Below are positions 11,069-25,589 of a stretch of 64,000 nucleotides of DNA, one piece after another (within the stretch, counting starts at the first letter, position 1; the number at the start of each line of letters is the position of its first letter). The DNA is from Geosiphon pyriformis uo1 (Eukaryota > Fungi > Glomeromycota). The stretch spans positions 93,283 through 157,282 of the forward strand of contig JAAOMT010000376.1 of the NCBI GenBank assembly GCA_016748015.1. Direction: 5' to 3'. The position numbers were made by a program, and so were the translations under genes. Below the pieces are notes generated by a model. That model had not been told where the DNA came from. It searched no databases and was given only the letters and a program-made list of their open reading frames with translations.

Positions 11069-12048
11069 TGTTACCGGAGGTTTTTGGTCTCTTTTCTGTA
11101 ATGTTGTTAATACTTATTTGCTGTAAATTCACGTTTTCTGGATGTGGTTGAACCTCCAATAACTGAATTTATCTTCAAATTATCTCCTATAATTTGAACT
11201 TGCTGGGCTTATGTGTGGAATGACCAATTCTGTGCCAGTTGCTTTATGTAGTTACGTTGTAGTAAACGTCAACTCTTTCCCAGGAATTGCTCGTCTAGAA
11301 GCTCACTAAAAATGTGTAGTTACTTTGCTGTGAAAGTCAACTTTTCTACAGGAATCTTGTCTGTAGGCTACCCTAATGATTGTAATAAGAAAAGAAAAGA
11401 AAAATAAAAGAAGTGTAAAAAAAATAAGATTTTATCAAGGGAAACATTTTCTATTCATGCCTGGAGTCACTAACAGTTTATTGAAATTGGTAGCTAATCA
11501 ATTTCGAAATGTTAGTTGGTTTTTGGGGATTTTTCAAGGGCAATAATTAAAGAATTTGGTTTTTCAAATTATTTGGTATTTATTTCTTTTTGTGTGTGTA
11601 GAAATGGTTCTAAGTAATAAATCTAAAGTAAGATATATTTTCTCAAAGAGAGAAGCTCTTCTTTTATACAACTTGTTGTAACACTATTCTATGAACTTGA
11701 ACTTTGCTATTTTCTACAATTTTGCTGAACTAAAGATACATTTCGGCAAACTACAAGTTATTTCGGCGAACTATTAGATATTTCAGTGAACTATCAATTA
11801 TTTCGGTGAATTTCTACAAATTTCGGCAAACTTTTGAATGTTATATTGTTCGGGGTATTGCATGATTGATCATTGCAATTAGGTTACATTTGTGTTGTGT
11901 ACAATTTGGGATATTAATTAAATAATAATTTCGGACATTTTTGCTAATGTAATAAGTAATCATTTGAAATGATAATATATGCTAATTAATGATAGGAATT
12001 ATAAGATAATTTCATGCTAAATAATATCTCTAATTTCGTCTGGTAACA
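11069..12048 (-). repeat. 5' LTR
   Basis: Direct repeat of 2197-3176, adjacent to the PBS and gag. Confidence 0.97.
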
Positions 12049-12052
12049 ACTC

Positions 12053-14290
12053 CATCAAACTTATTCTTAATCCAGAGCTTACAACTAGACCTCAGATTTG
12101 TCTCAGTAATTATCAAAACAAATTTTCAGAATCTCTATGTCAACAGATAATGTCCTTCTGCTTGGCAGGAACATTAATACCATGAACATTACATGTCGCA
12201 AATTTTCAAACAAAATTACTTATTGGAGAGAAAGAGAAATAAACAATCCCAAACCAGAGCACAAACAATCCAATCTTTCCAAGACAGATTCAACCGACAC
12301 CTCTAAAGCCACCATCTTGGATTCTAGTCTACCCACCTTAGTGGTCAAAACTTTAGAACTACTTGAACTAAAGTCAGCAACTGAGTCTGTAACAACAACT
12401 GAAAGAGAGGGAGGAGGAGATGCCAGTGTATTATCTAGAGCCATTTCTGAGTCCAAATTAGACACTACAAGTGCAAGGACAACTGAAGGAGAAACATAAA
12501 AATCAAACACCAAAGGCACCAATTCTACAAAGCTCAATTTTTTCATAATAGCCAAAATCTGGTCTATTAAAAGCTCCAAAGATTGTTTTAGAGAAACCAG
12601 TTGATCAACCAAGCAGGAATTCCCAAGGAAGTTAGAAACCAACAAGACAGGTTTAGCACCTAAAAATAAACCAGTACCAAAAAAACCTGACAAAACCACA
12701 CGAGAAAGTAAGCTGCTAGCAATCTGTGCCCAAGTTTTCCCGCCGAAAGAAACTGGGCAAACAATTGGTGCCTGTTTCTTCTTATATATGTTGATCAAAC
12801 AGACCTGATTCTGAAGAGTTACCATTCGCTTACCATAAGTACCAGAATTCTTACCTAGTAAACACACTGTAGAGATATGACTCAATTGTTTATACTTGGT
12901 GCAACAAGCCAGAAAAAGACCAGCTCAATACAAATTTACACCCTTATAAACTGGAACAAAACCAATAGCAGCCAATTTAGATGTTTTATTCTTAAAACAG
13001 ACTACTGCACATCTGTCATAAACATATAAATTCAGATTGCAACCAATAAAACAAGTTCTTCCACCATATGATTCCAACAGACCTGACAAATCATGAACAG
13101 TAGTACCAACAGGAAGAGTGTAAAGCAAAACTCAATGCTAGTCTCTCAATACTCATGAAACTTTATTATCCACTGCCAAGACCACACATGCCAAATCTTT
13201 TCCCATGAAAACTGATCATTTAGATGCAACCAAACTGGCAACATCTGCTGATTTAAACTCAACCAAGACCTTTTGCCAAAGCCCAATCAATTGCATCCTA
13301 ACAGAAACCACTTTATCAAACTTAGAAAAAACTGACTCTACAGCCAATTTGGGAAGATCAACTGGAATCTCCTTGACTATTACTTCCCGATTTGTGCATT
13401 TGTTTACCTGTCTAACATCATCATTTACCACAATTTTTTAGCCTTTTTCAGACTCAATTCAGACGTAAAAGAGGATTTAATAATCCCAAAAAACTTTGAG
13501 AGAATGAAAGCCCCCCCAAAACCATCAATTTTATAAAAAATTTTTTTAACAGAGATTAATTTATTGCTATTAGTTATCTCAGGCACAGCAGCCAAATTCA
13601 TGTTCAATGTGAAAGATTTAACTAGCTTAAAGCTATGTCTCTTTAAGACATGTAATTTGGTTAACAGCAGCCAATTGGACCCAGCAAATTTAGAATCAGG
13701 AAGTACCAACTCAGTATTATTGTCACTTAAGTTTTTAAAGAATGGTTTTTTCGGCAGCTGTTCCAACATGTAGGTTCTTATTTGCATTTTCCTAGGAGTT
13801 GCATTGTCCACCATGTCATTAGTTTCAGAAGTGTTGGAGTCTATGTAACTTGTTTCTTTGGCTACTATGTTGCCCATGTTCTCAACGTTAGACACCCCAC
13901 TAATACTAGTATCCTCATTTTTTACCTTACTGCCCTAAGACATCTTGCATTCACCACAGTCTGTCTACAAAACATGGCTAGGAAGAGGTCTAGCCAACAA
14001 ATCCACTATGACACCAGCAATATCAAGTTTTTTCAATTTTTTGTATGAAAGGCCTCGAGTGTATATACTCTCAATACACACTTTCTTTTTAACAACAGAC
14101 TGGGGTCCCAATCCAGTCAAACCAGAACCAGAACTACCAATAAAAGAGCCCACTGGTTCCATCGCAACAAAATTAGTAATGTCAGAAGAAATAACTACAG
14201 ATAACAAAAAAAAAGGAGAAAAAAAAAAGCTAAATCTTTGGCAGTACAAATGCTTTCATTGTGGTCAGGGAATTAACAAGAAAAAGATTT
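12053..14290 (-). mobile_element. LINE copy 1 5' part: ORF1 (~12220-14162) and start of ORF2 APE domain, degraded
   Basis: LYTLPVGTTVHDL, KEIPVDLP...QLIGLWQK and KFATCNVHG...ITET are homologous to ORF1/ORF2 at 33253-35300. Confidence 0.9.
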
Positions 14291-14659
14291 TTTTTTTTTA
14301 GTTGTTTTTAATATAATTTTATGTTTCATATTGACATTTTTAGAATTTAATATTAAGTATTAATTGTATTTTATAGTAAATATTTATTTAATATACTTAA
14401 CAAAAACTAACAATTATACAAGTTAAAAAAAAAAGATAAAAGATAATAATAAAAAAATAAAAAAGTTAATATTATTGTATTAATTTTTGCTTTAAGTAAG
14501 CTTTATTTGTTTAAAAAATATTTTTTTACAGCTTTAAAAAATCTTACTTATATACTATTAAAAAAAAATTAATTATTAAGTTAATAATTATATTAATAAT
14601 CAAGTCAATAATCAAGTTAATACTTAAGTTAATAATTAAATTAAAATTCTTTTTTTCTC

Positions 14660-16620
14660 TTATTTTTATAATTACAAACAAAGCAAAAAGTAATAAAGTT
14701 TCAAATATTTTTTTTTTATAGTAACAAATAAAGTTTCAACAAAAAAAAATCTTTTTATTATTAATATTATTACTATCTTTGTATAAATGGCCAAAAAAAT
14801 TAAAAAATTAAAAAAACAGTAGCAGTTGCTTAAATTTATTATTATTATACTAAATTTTTTTGGTAATATCTAATTTTTTTTTAATATAAATAACAACAAC
14901 AATAATATATTTTTTAAAATAAATCAAAATTATCTACTGGCTGTATTGCCAAATATAATATCTTTAACAGATTACTAATTTTAAAAACAAAACAATTTAT
15001 TAAATTACTTGATCTTAAAAATTAAGCTAATCAAATAAAAACTAAATCAACTTTTTCTTTTCTGTTTTTTAATACTATTTTAAATAGTGTTTAAAAAACA
15101 ATTTCCAGTTATAAAAATTTTTTGAATAAGTAGTTTTTATTTTAATGTTGGTTTTATTTTTAAAATTAAATTGGCTTTAATTAATTTTTTGTTTTATTTA
15201 TTTTCTAATTTAGTTAAACTTAAATTAGTTTTTAAAAACAATATTAAATTGTTTTATGTAAATTTTGCTTTTAAGACTTTTTTGGTTTTTATTACTAATA
15301 TTATTATTAATAGTTTTTTTTTAATATATTTAAAGTTGCAAAATTTTTTTAATAACTTTTGGTTTTTTTTGTTTTATTTTTGTTGTATTTTATAATGTTT
15401 TTTTTAACATATTTCTTAATAATATTAAAACTACTTTTGATGTTTTTGATATTGTTATTTTGGTAAAATTAAAGTCTACTGACTTGTAATAATATATTAT
15501 TTTAAGTTTTAAAAACTTTTTCTTTACTATTGCTGCTTTTAATAACTAGTTTGTATTAATTAAAAAAAATAGTATTTAGATTTTTTTTTTTCTTAATTAA
15601 AAAAAGATTATTATTTTAAAAAAATTTTTAAGACCAAATTAATTAATCTTTTTTTTTTAAGTTAATAATTATACTTGTTTTATTCTCTATTTTTCTGTTT
15701 TTTATTATTATTAGTGTTTTATTATTGTTACTTTTAAGTTTTATAAAATGTTAAAACTTGTTATAATTAAAATTAATATTTTGCACAAATATTATATTTG
15801 GTAAAAAACTTCTGAATATTATTGTTGTTATAGATATTAAAATTTAAATCACTTGTTTAAAGATTGCAAAATGTTATTATTTTTTTATAAGTTGTTTGCT
15901 AAGTTTACTGTTGACTTTAAGTTGTGTTTTTTTTATTAATAAAAAGTCTTATATTAAGACTTTTACTTTTTTGTTTTTTTTTTTGCTGTTTTTTTGGTAC
16001 TGTTTATTATTGATTTTATTATTAAATTTAAATTGAACTTTTTGAAATCTTAAATTTTAAGTTTGGTTACTTTGATAAAATTTGTTATTAAGTTTATTAG
16101 TTTTTTGATTACTTTAGTTATTAATCTTTTAAATAAACATATTAATAAGACTTTTTAAATAAAAAAATGTGCTTATTATAAAATATAATGCTAATAATTT
16201 TCTAATCTTCTTATTAGTGTTTTTAAAAACATTATATATTTTAAGTCTAAAATTAATTTTAATAAAATAAACTATAATAAAATGTTAATTACAAAGTTTT
16301 TTTTTAAATAAAAATATTATTAAGTATGTTATTATTTTATAATATATATTAAATGCTAAAACCAAAGATAATATTAAAGCAATTAAATTATTTCTTAATT
16401 AATTTATCTTTAATTCTAAAAATTTAAATAGTATTATTGAAAAAATTTATAAATTAGGTTTATTTTTAACTTTTTTTGTTTTAATATAGTATTGTTTTAA
16501 CTGACTTAAATAGTTGGTTATGTATAAAAAGTATATAAATCATATTTAGTTTAAATTATTTAATTTAGATTATTTAGTTTAATATATTATATTAAAATAT
16601 ATTTGAATCTTATTCATTAT
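14660..16620 (+). mobile_element. ORF1-only non-autonomous LINE-related element, copy A (extremely AT-mutated)
   Basis: Collinear with copy C (LAVLPN; KLALINFLF...KLFYVNFAF). ORF stop TAG at 16487-16489 is followed directly by a decayed LINE 3' tail and an A-rich run. Confidence 0.7.
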
Positions 16621-16899
16621 ATATAATAAATAAATAAAAAATTAAATTAATAATAAAATAATAATTAATTCTAAAAATAAAATAGTTAATAATATTATTA
16701 ATAATTAATACATGTTATTAATTATAATAAATAATAAATAAAATTAAAAATTTATATAATAATTAATTAAACAAAAATATTTAAGTAAATATTTTATAAT
16801 AAATTAAATAACTTATTAAAAAACAATTTAATACAATATTATAAACAATTTATAAATTTATATAATATTTATAAATTATTATATAAAAATTTTTCTTCT

Positions 16900-18640
16900 T
16901 AAATTTTATGATCATAATTAAAGCAAAAAATTAAAAAGTTTTATTGATTATTTTTTTCATAAAGTTTTAATAAAAAAAATTTTTTTTGTTATCAAACCAA
17001 TTAGCAAAATATTTTAACAATATTTTTTTTAAATATTAATAAATAAAAACTGTTTTTAAAAGTTTCTGAAATTTTTTTTTACTTTTGGTTAATAATTTTT
17101 TTTAATCAAAAGTTTTTTTAAAAAACACACTAAAATTAGTTTTAGTATTGTTTCTATTTTTTTTAAAAGCCTTAAAATTTTTAATAATAAGCCAATTAAC
17201 AAATTAATTTTTTTTGTTTTTATTATTATTACTATTATTATTATTTTATAAATAACCAAAACTTCAAAAAACAATAATAATTATTTGTATTTATTATTAT
17301 TATATTAAATCTCTTTATAATTTCAAATAAAATTTTTTTAACAATATTTAGTCTTTTTTTTAATATAAATAATAATAATAATAGCATATTTTTTAAAATA
17401 AGCCAAGGTTAATCATTAATTATAATATTAAATTTAATGTTTTTTAGCAAATAATTATTGATTACAAAATAAAATATAATATGTTTTTGGATGTGTTTTT
17501 ATTTAATTAATTTATTTAATTACTTGATTTTAAAGATTAAACTAATCAAATAAAAATAGAATTAATATTTTTTTGTTTTTTGGTATTGTTTTTGATAATG
17601 TTTAGAAAACAATTTTTAATTATCAAAAATTTTTTGAGTAAATAATTTTTATTTTAATATCTAATATTATTTTAAGATTAAATTAATTTTAATTAATTTT
17701 TTGTTTTATTTGCTATCTGGTTTTATTAAATTTAAGTCTATTTTAAAGAAAAAATGTAAAATTGTTTGTGTAAATTTTGTTTTTAATGTTTTTTTAATTG
17801 TTATTATTAAAATTTTTTTTAATAATTTTTTTTAATTATATTTAAAATTGCAAAGTTTTTTGTAATAACTTCTGTTTTTTTATTTTATTTGCTATTATAC
17901 TTTATAATATTTCTTTAAATATATTTTTTAATGATATTAAAAATACTTTTGATGTTTTTAATATTGTTATTTTAGTTAAATTAAAATCTATTAATTTGTA
18001 GTAATATATAGTTATTTATTTCAAAAACTTTTTTTGTTACTGTTATTTTTGTTTACTAATCTGTTTTGGTTAAAAAAATAGTATTAAAATTTTTTTTAAT
18101 TAATTAAAAAAAATTATTATTTTAAAAAATATATTTAAAGCCAAATTTGTCAATTTTTTTTTGTTTTTAAAATTAATAATTTGATTTTTCAAGTTAATAA
18201 TCATATTTGTTTTATTTTTAACTTTTTTAATTCTTAATATTGTTAATATTTTATTGTTATTATTTTTAAGTCTTTGAAAATTTTATATTTTATTGTTTTA
18301 AAATTTGGTATTTTGTATAAAAATTGTATTTAATAAGAAACTTTTAGATATTATTATTATTACAAGTATTAAAATTTAAATTATCTAATTGTAAATTATA
18401 ATATATTTTCATTTTTTTTTTAAATTTATTTTTAAGTTTATTGACAGTTTTATTATTATTTTTTATCTTTTATTAATGCAAAATTTTATATTAAAATTAT
18501 TGTCTTTATAACTTTTTTTTTAATTGTTTTTTTGGCTATTTTGTTATTAATTCTGTAATTAAATCTGAATTAAATTTTTTAAAATCTTAAATCTTAAGTT
18601 TACTGTTAAGCCAATTAATTTATTGATTACTTTGGTTATT
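16900..18640 (+). mobile_element. ORF1-only element, copy B (AT-mutated, 3' truncated)
   Basis: KIFNNKPINKLIF matches KVFNNRPVNKLVF of copy C. 17.2-18.6 kb parallels 14.8-16.1 kb. Confidence 0.65.
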
Positions 18641-18659
18641 ATAATTATTATTATTATTT

Positions 18660-21600
18660 ACAAATGTAGTCTAACTACTATTTAATATACAAAAACAAAA
18701 AATTAAGTTTAACTAAATATGACTTACATATTTAATACATATAACTGGTTATTTAGACCAATCAAAGCAATATTATACACTTATATAAATTTTTACTCTA
18801 TTATCAATGTCTAAAAAAAAACACATCTTATATAAACCAAAACTTATAACAAAAAATTTATAAATATCTAGTAATCAAACAATTCTTACTGACAAAAAAC
18901 TTAATACATTACTTAAAATTACAGAAACTGAATTAATATTACCAATTAGGCCACTTTTTTTTCTATCCATCTTAAATCTTGCTTTAAACAATCACAATTT
19001 ACTTCAATGCTTTTTAGTTAAACTATGAACAAAATTAACTATTACTAACACTACTTTTATTATTATTAAATATTGATACTACTTTATTAATCCAATTTTT
19101 AAAAACAAAATTTTTGCATAAAACTATATAAATATTCAAATCTAAAATTCCAGAAAAAAGTATATATAATATTATAAAAGATAATAAAAAACTACCACTC
19201 ACAAAATATTTTTACAGATCCATATAACTTAGCAAAATTTTAAAATATATATTAATCTTCTTTAGACAAGTAAAAACATGATTAGACAACTTAATATTAT
19301 CATATAATAAACATAATACACTTAAGTAATCTTAGTCATAAAGTTTTTCTTTATATTAGTTAGTAGTTTCTTATAGACTACTTTTATTAAGCATATGGAA
19401 AGAAGCTAAAGTTTTGCTTATAAATCCTGACAACATATAAAAATTCAAATACTATACTGTAATAATACTATTTCAGTTTATTTTTTTAATTATTAACTTA
19501 TTTACAATTTTAATATTAGATCTAGTTTTCTATTAAGTATAATAAATAGACTGACAAATATTTTAAACAAAGTAATAAGTGTCTCCTAATATGACTCTGT
19601 CATCAATTATAACAAACTTTTCATGAACTTTTTCTGGAAAAAAATAGCCAGGATATGCTGCTTTACTAACAAGAATGTTAATTTTATTGTTATCAGTATT
19701 TTCTGAATAACTTTTGATTTTTATTTATTTAATAAAAATGTTCTAAATCTTATTAAATTAACTATATAATATTATTCTATTCAGTACTTATTTTAAAAGT
19801 CTGGCTAATAAAGCATAAGTTCCAAAGAATATATATATTCAAAACTGTTTAACTATTTATATGTACAACTATTAAGTAGAATGAAAAAATACATTCTAAT
19901 ATTAAAGTAATTTTCTAAAATTCAGTTATTATAGAAAACAGCAATTTGTATATCTTAACATTCATGTTTATTTCAATATTAGAAAAATAAACTGTTATTC
20001 TATTAGCAACTTTTTTCATGTTCAGTTGCTTTAAAGAACTATTTGTATAAATATTAAAAATGTCTATCCATAATTTATGCAAACACTTCTGAATATTTGT
20101 AAAATTATTTAAATAAAAAAATTTTGAACAATTAAAGCTAGATGCTATTCTACCAGATTTAATAAGATGTTTATTTATATAAATTGAAGCTTTTTTAAAT
20201 TACAATAATATTAGATCTCTAGAACTTAGTCTTTTCTAATAACAAAAATTTTTTCAATTTATAATTAATCTTTCCTTATTTAACAATTTGTTATTAAAAA
20301 TGACACCAAAATGCTTTAAGAAATAAACTATGTCAAAATAAAATAAGTTTTCTAATATCTTAAATATTAAAAAATAATTAGAATCATAAAATATACTGAG
20401 TAGACTATTGGCCAAGAATAACTTATTATTTAAAAAAATCTTTATTACATCTGCTAAAAAGTTATTTATTAGACTAATTTTTAATTTGATTAGATGCTGC
20501 AGAAGATTTATTAGAGTCCACCCCAAAATTTACAAGTTCAAAAAGCAATATTTAAACAATTAACCAAGAATTTCAAGTGTATTAAAAAACACAATCAAAG
20601 AAGCAATCTTGTTTTTCACTTGTAACTGTTCAAACATTTTTAATTTATAAAAAGATAGATAATATAAAGTTTTATTAGAGAAATTTTTTGGCAAATTGGC
20701 TTTAGATTTTTGTTTTATTCTTAATAAAACATTTCATTTCTGACACACAATTTTAGAAATAAAACTGAACTGTGTTTGGTAGCCAACAATGAATTGTAAA
20801 ACAGCTAAAACCAAATATGAAAATTGCTTATTTAACAATGCTTTTCTGAGAACCAAATTAAAAAAAAACCTAATATTTAATTGTGTTTTGGCAAGGCTGG
20901 ATTTGGACATGTTTTTTGTTAACAAATAAATTCCCAAATACTTATAATGTTTACTATACTTAACAATAAAGATTGGTTAATCACAAATGTATAAAAACAC
21001 AATTTTAATTTTCTAATTAATAGAAATTATCACAGTTTTGTCATTGTTGATAGAAATATCATTTATTTTAAAAAACTCACTAGTGATATCTAAAATATGC
21101 TGTGTTAAAGCTTAATTATTCTTTATTTAGATTGTATTATTAACAAATATATTAGCTACAAAGAATAAAGATTTATTCTTATTAGCTTTTAATTTGTCTG
21201 TTTTTGCCACAAAGTTTATATTGATTCTGTATTTATATAAATGTTTTTGTCTTTTAATCTTACACAATAAAAGATTGTAAAAATTTTTTTACAAGAATAG
21301 TAAAACCATTTTATTCTAATTCAACTTATTTAGTACTTTATAACTATTTAAAAGACCAAAATCAGTTATCACTCTATTGATTTTGTTTATATATATGTTT
21401 CTAAAAAACTTTATAAACTTTTTACATATCTTAATTTGTCTTAAACTAGCTTCCAAATAATGCTATTTAACTAAGTTATAAGTTTTACATATATCTTAAA
21501 GAACCAGCTAAACTTTTCAACACTTTTTCAAAGTGTTTTTTACTATTAAACTAATGGCAAACACAAAAAATTAAGTTGAAATACTCTTTAAAACAGAAAA

Positions 21601-24600
21601 ATTGTTATCTCAAAAAATGTTATATTTTATACAAGCAAATAAAATATGCTTTGACAAAATTCTGAATAAATTTTTTTTAGCTATTTTAATTAATGTAATA
21701 GATTATATATTTATTAAGATGTCTTTTTAATTGTATGGTTTGGAAATCATTAAAACTCAAGCTCTTTTCCAAAGAATTAGAATTTTCTTAAAAGCCAAAT
21801 AAAAGTTAAGCAGACCCAATAAGTATTTTAATATTTTATCACTATAATATTTCTATAGTTTATTTAATATGCCAAACAAACTTATAGCCTTATTATTAAA
21901 CAAACTATTAATTACCAGAATTAATTTACTTATACTGATCTTATTTATCACATTAGAAAAAACATTTTCTTTAATATAATTCAGCAGTACATATTAATAA
22001 AATTATATATCTAATAGTATTAATAACATCTTTTATTTTTTTGTTTAATCTATTATAATCTTATTTACCTTAAACTTTACTTCTTTTGGCTTTAAAACCA
22101 ACTTTTTTTTAATTACCAAATAATTTAAAACTATTTTGTAAAAAGATCATTCCAAAACACTTTTTATCATATTATCTTTGTTAAAACTAAAATTATCTAT
22201 TTATTTTTCAATTGCATTTTTAATAGCTATATCTTCAACTATTTTAAATTTATAATATTTTAACTTTCTGTATTTTTTTCTAATTAGTAATAACTACTTT
22301 AATACATCCTTTATATTTGCACTATCTTGAACTATAATGCCAATTTTAAAAGTCTCTTTATTATTATATATTAGCTATTTTTAAAAAAAATAATTATATT
22401 CAAACTTATTTTCTATACTTAATTCTCTTATAATCTTTGTAATTAGCAATTTCAGTTCATGAATTTCAATAATTGTTTGTTTTTTGTGTGATTGAATTTA
22501 TTGTACCAATGTTTAGAAAAAGTTATATCTGCTAAACTTATTATTATCTCTTTTAATTCTTCTTACATAGTATCTAAATTGCCAAAATTTTTTGTATCTA
22601 TGAATTTATTTATTATTCTTAACAGTCCAGTAAAAATATAATCTTTAAAATAGATTTATTTAGCTTTATTTATATTTTTAATCCTAAATTTTTATTAGTT
22701 TTTATTAGTTTGCTTTTAAATTGCAATCATGTATTTATCTATTAGATTTCTAAAATCAAAAAAAGATTATTACAGCCTTGTAGTCAGTATTAAAAAATTT
22801 GAACACACTGTTAATACTTTGACTTATTATAATTAATAAGAAATATTTATTAAAAAAGATAAAATTAATAGTTTTATTTACACCCCTTAAATTGTTCTAT
22901 GTTGAAAGCTTAACAGTCAATCCATTTGTAAAAAAGTTACACAAATTCAAATCGAAACATTTCTTAAAACTTATTTTTTGTTTTTTTCTGTCTTTATTAA
23001 GATCATTACCAAGTATTACATAAGAGCTTGAATTAATTGTTTTAACAATACATAAGTTCATCTTGTAAGCTTAATTAAATCATATATTAGTTGAAACACT
23101 AATATACAAATTCAAAATTGTTATTAAAATTTTATTGTTAAATAATAAACAGATTAAGATAAGATAACTAAGAATCTAGAAACTTTGTACACATGTTAAG
23201 CTAAAATATTGTTTGTTACTATTGTCATTTTAATATCTACATAACTAGTGTTTAAACCAGAAATTAAAACTTTTACATTTTGAAATCTATATTTTATTTA
23301 AGATTTAATCTGTCTTTTTAGTTTAGTCTTAGTAATAATAGAAACTCAATTGCCAGATTCAATATATTACCTAATTATATCCTTTTGTTTAATCATATTG
23401 TTTATTACACATAACTATTTTCCAGACAAAATTATTTATTGGAGTGAAAAATTCATAAAAAAAACTGAATTAGTACACAATTAATCCAATTTTATCAAAA
23501 CCAAACTAACTAAACTTTTAAGAACTATTATTTTTAATTTTAAGCCACTCATTTTAGTTGTTAAAATCTTTGAGTTATTCAAACTAAGAACTAAATTTTT
23601 ATCTATTGTTACAGAATAAAAAAAGAGAAATAGCAGTAGAAAATTATCCAAAACTATATTGCAATTTGATTGATACAATTTGGCCATACTTAAATACTGT
23701 AACAATAATTATTTTTTTTGATGTGTTTATAAAAATTTTTTTGATTATTACAATCTGATCTGACTTAATTTTTTGTCTTTTGATATTATTGTTTACAATG
23801 ATTCTTTTTTTTTGATTAATAACAGTCTTTTTTATGCTTTCTTTTAATATAAACATAGATTAAATGATTTTTTTAAATTTTGAGAAGATAATAGCCCTTC
23901 TAAAACCATTTACTAATGAAAAAATTTTTCTAATTACTTAAGTTTTTGCAGTTACTGATTTACTTTTTACTATTAAGAAATTAATATTCAATACAAAAAA
24001 TTTTTTAATGACCACTTTAATCTAAGTTTTTACTATCTTTAAATTAATTCACTTTTTGTCAAAAAAAACATTAAGAGAAGAAAAAAGAGGTTCTATGTTT
24101 TTATCTATTTTATAATTAATTACACTAATAGAAAAATCATAATTCAAGCCAGTATTAATTCTTTTAATATTAGAAGTTATTATAGCTAAGTCAAAAAAAT
24201 AACTATTATACATATCTATTAATATATTAATAGCTTTACTATTACTGAATTCACTATTCATATTTGAGTATATATTATTATTAAAACTAGTATTACTAAA
24301 GGTTTTTGGTCTTTTTTATTAATTGTTATTAATATTAATTTGCTGTTTACTTTACATTTATTGGAAGCTATTGAATCTTTAATAACTAAATTTGTCTTTA
24401 AATTATTTCTTATAATATGAACTGCTGGAATTATAAGTAAAATGGCCAATTTTATGCCAATTACTTTATATAGTTATATTATAGTAAATATTAACTTTTT
24501 TTCAGAAATTGCTTGTTTAGAAGCTTATTAAAAAATGTGTAGTTATTTTATAATGAAAGTCAACTCTTTTACAGAAATTTTGTCTATAGGCTACTCTAAT

Positions 24601-25480
24601 AATTATAATAAAAAAAATATAAAAAAATATAAAAAATATAAAAAAAACAAAATTTTATTAAAAGAATTATTTTTAGTTAATTTTAAAATGTTAGTTGAAT
24701 TTTGAGAATATTAAGTATAATTATCTTAAAAATTGAGTTTTAAAATATAATTTTTATTTTTATTATTTATAATTAAAGATAGTATTTAAGTAATAATTCT
24801 GGGTAAAATACATTTTCTCAAAGAAAGAAGCTTTTTTTTTATACAATTTGTTATAGTACTAGTCTATAAACTTAAAATTTTTCTTTTTGCTATTATTTTA
24901 ATAAACTAAAAATACATTTTAATAACTTATAAGTTATTTTATTGAACTATTAACTATTTTAATAAATTATTTATTATTTTGGCAAATTTTTATAAATTTT
25001 AGCAAATTCTTAAATATTACATAGTTTGAAGTTTTGTTTTATTTAATCATCTTAATTTTTATTATACAAATTGGGTTTTTAATTAAATAGTGATATTTAA
25101 TAATTTAATTAAGTAATAAATAATAATTAAAACAATATTAATATATGCTAATTAATAATAGAAATGATAAATATAATTTTATATTAATTTAATAACTAAA
25201 ATTTTACTGGTAATACCAAATTTAACCAAAAAAATTTCTTTTTTATTATCCAAATGCTTAATATTATCTACAAAAACTTTTTTTTTAAAAAGAAAGTACT
25301 TTCAATTAGACCATAAAAGACTCTTTTGAATGTCTTTTTCTTAAACATGTTGTTATTTGAAACAACTTCTAAGTTTATTACAAAAAAATTATTAACTTGA
25401 AAAATATTAAAAGTAATATTACTAAAAAACTAAAGACAAAAAACTTCTTTTTCAAGAAATTGCTCTTTGAAAAATTTTAA
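18660..25480 (-). mobile_element. LINE copy 2, full-length but heavily AT-mutated, interrupted by a solo LTR in ORF1
   Basis: Remnant peptides GIYLLTKNMSKSSLAK..FFFNLVLRKAL and NNFLADVIKIFL. RT motif decayed to FVNN (~21135-21147). 3' tail at ~18700-18775; ORF1 start near 25400. Confidence 0.85.
24291..25215 (-). mobile_element. Solo LTR (same subfamily as 1-533), decayed
   Basis: Starts TATTACTAAAGGTTTTTGGTC and ends TGGTAATA. Flanks CTAG/CCAA fit a CCAG TSD with one transition each. Removal restores the LINE ORF1 frame (VKSGFNNNIYSNM). Confidence 0.9.
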
Positions 25481-25589
25481 ACATAAAAGAAAAAAAAATT
25501 TTATTTTTATAAATTATAAAATAAAAAATATTTTTTTGTTTTGTATATAAAATTTAAAAATGTAATTAATACTATTTAAAATAAAATAT

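Larger units (their letters stand above)
2197..12048 (-). mobile_element. Full-length Ty3/Gypsy LTR retrotransposon (gag-PR-Cys-rich insert-dUTPase-RT-RNaseH-IN-ORF3), inactivated by nonsense mutations
   Basis: Two 980-bp LTRs with TGTTACC...GGTAACA termini. 4-bp TSD ACTC at 2193-2196 and 12049-12052; removing the element and one TSD copy restores the LINE frame NKFDGVKIFSSG. Domain order is RT-RH-IN. Confidence 0.97.
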